Assembly: GCA_030141605.1 (NCBI GenBank)
Contig: JAQGDQ010000036.1
Span: forward strand, 930,001 to 994,000
Origin: Tubiluchus corallicola
Lineage: Eukaryota; Animalia; Priapulida
Reading direction: 5' to 3'
DNA length: 64,000 nt
The notes below the pieces were generated by a model. It did not search any database. It was not told the origin of the DNA and saw only the letters and a list, made by a program, of their open reading frames with translations. Of this stretch, positions 62,577 through 64,000 are shown one piece after another (the first letter of the stretch is position 1; each line of letters begins with the position of its first letter). Both the position numbers and the translations under genes were made by a program.

Positions 62577-64000
62577 TTGATTTTGAGTAAAGAAGACTGA
62601 TCTTGGTGTCTAGTATTGGGGTTACTCACAGCTTGAATTTGAGTGAAGACACTGATCTTCATGTCTAGTATTGGGGTTACTCACAGCTTGACTTTGAGTA
62701 AAGAAGACTGATCTTCATGTCTAGTATTGAGGTTACTCACAGCTTCATTTTGAGTAAAGAAGACTGATCTTCATGTCTAGTATTGGGGTTACTCACAGTT
62801 TGACTTTGAGTAAAGAAGATTGATCTTCATGTCTAGTATTGGGGTTACTCACAGCTTGAATTTGAGTGAAGACACTGATCTTCATGTCTAGTATTGGGGT
62901 TACTCACAGCTTCATTTTGAGTAAAGAAGACTGATCTTAATGTATAGTATTGGGGTTACTCACAGCTTGATTTTGAGTAAAGAAGACTGATCTTCATGTC
63001 TAGTATTGGGGTTACTCACAGCTTGAATTTGAGTGAAGACACTGATCTTCATGTCTAGTATTGGGGTTACTCACAGCTTCATTTTGAGTAAAGAAGACTG
63101 ATCTTAATGTATAGTATTGGGGTTACTCACAGCTTCATTTTGAGTAAAGAAGATTGATCTTCATGTCTAGTATTGGGGTTACTCACAGCTTGAATTTGAG
63201 TGAAGACACTGATCTTCATGTCTAGTATTGGGGTTACTCACAGCTTCATTTTGAGTAAAGAAGACTGATCTTAATGTATAGTATTGGGGTTACTCGCAGC
63301 TTGAATTTGAGTGAAGACACTGATCTTCATGTCTAGTATTGGGGTTACTCACAGCTTGATTTTGAGTAAAGGAGACTGATCTTAATGTATAGTATTGGGG
63401 TTACTCACAGCTTGATTTTGAGTAAAGAAGACTGATCTTAATGTCTAGTATTGGGGTTACTCACGGCTTGAATTTGAGTAAAGAAGACTGATCTTAATGT
63501 CTAGTATTGGGGTTACTCACAGCTTGATTTTGAGTAAAGGAGACTGATCTTAATGTCTAGTATTGGGGTTACTCATAGCTTGATTTTGAGTGAAGACACT
63601 GATCTTAATGTCTAGTATTGGGGTTACTCGCAGCTTGATTTTGAGTAAAGAAGACTGATCTTAATGTCTAGTATTGGGGTTACTCACAGCTTGAATTTGA
63701 GTGAAGACACTGATCTTCATGTCTAGTATTGGGGTTACTCACAGCTTGATTTTGAGTAAAGGAGACTGATCTTAATGTATAGTATTGGGGTTACTCACAG
63801 CTTGATTTTGAGTAAAGAAGACTGAGCTTGATGTCTAGTATTGGTGTTACTCACAGCTTGATTTTGAGTAAAGAAGACTGATCTTCATGTCTAGTATTGG
63901 GGTTACTCACAGCTTGAATTTGAGTGAAGACACTGATCTTCATGTCTAGTATTGGGGTTACTCACAGCTTGATTTTGAGTAAAGAAGACTGATCTTAATG
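62577..64000. repeat. 55/56-bp tandem satellite, about 25 copies, running off the window edge
   Basis: Unit gagtaaagaagactgatcttcatgtctagtattggggttactcacagcttgatttt, with a 55-bp variant beginning gagtgaagacactg. Confidence 0.97.

Noticed and set aside
62577-64000. CRISPR-like appearance of the 55/56-bp array (also the 30-bp and 88-bp arrays)
   Set aside because: The units are contiguous with no unique spacers, there are no cas genes, and the context is an intron-containing animal genome.

Overview
AT-rich animal (invertebrate-like) genomic DNA with spliceosomal introns, not prokaryotic. Exons were assembled by hand from GT-AG sites with reading-phase checks. Genes: (1) a 4-exon secreted Dickkopf-3-like gene (+, 6221-8827, 220 aa); (2) a convergent homeodomain-containing ceramide synthase (CerS, -, 30166-12995); (3) two unrecognised coiled-coil genes (-, 34802-33387 spliced; 38640-37834); (4) the first three coding exons of PIP4K2 (+, 40117-52173), with no later exons found in the window. 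The rest is decayed LINEs, a Gypsy protease relic, hAT/Tc1/TTAA-type MITEs, a tRNA-derived SINE, microsatellites and tandem arrays. Main finding: CerS has a tandemly duplicated, phase-incompatible exon pair (7a 17659-17497; 7b 16277-16121). It encodes the loop known to set acyl-chain specificity in mammalian CerS. Each copy is followed at intron position +26/+27 by a 'selector' sequence complementary to one shared downstream 'docking' site (15789-15819). This suggests a competing-RNA-structure splicing switch that may let one gene make ceramides of different chain length. The switch and its function are inferred from sequence and not tested.
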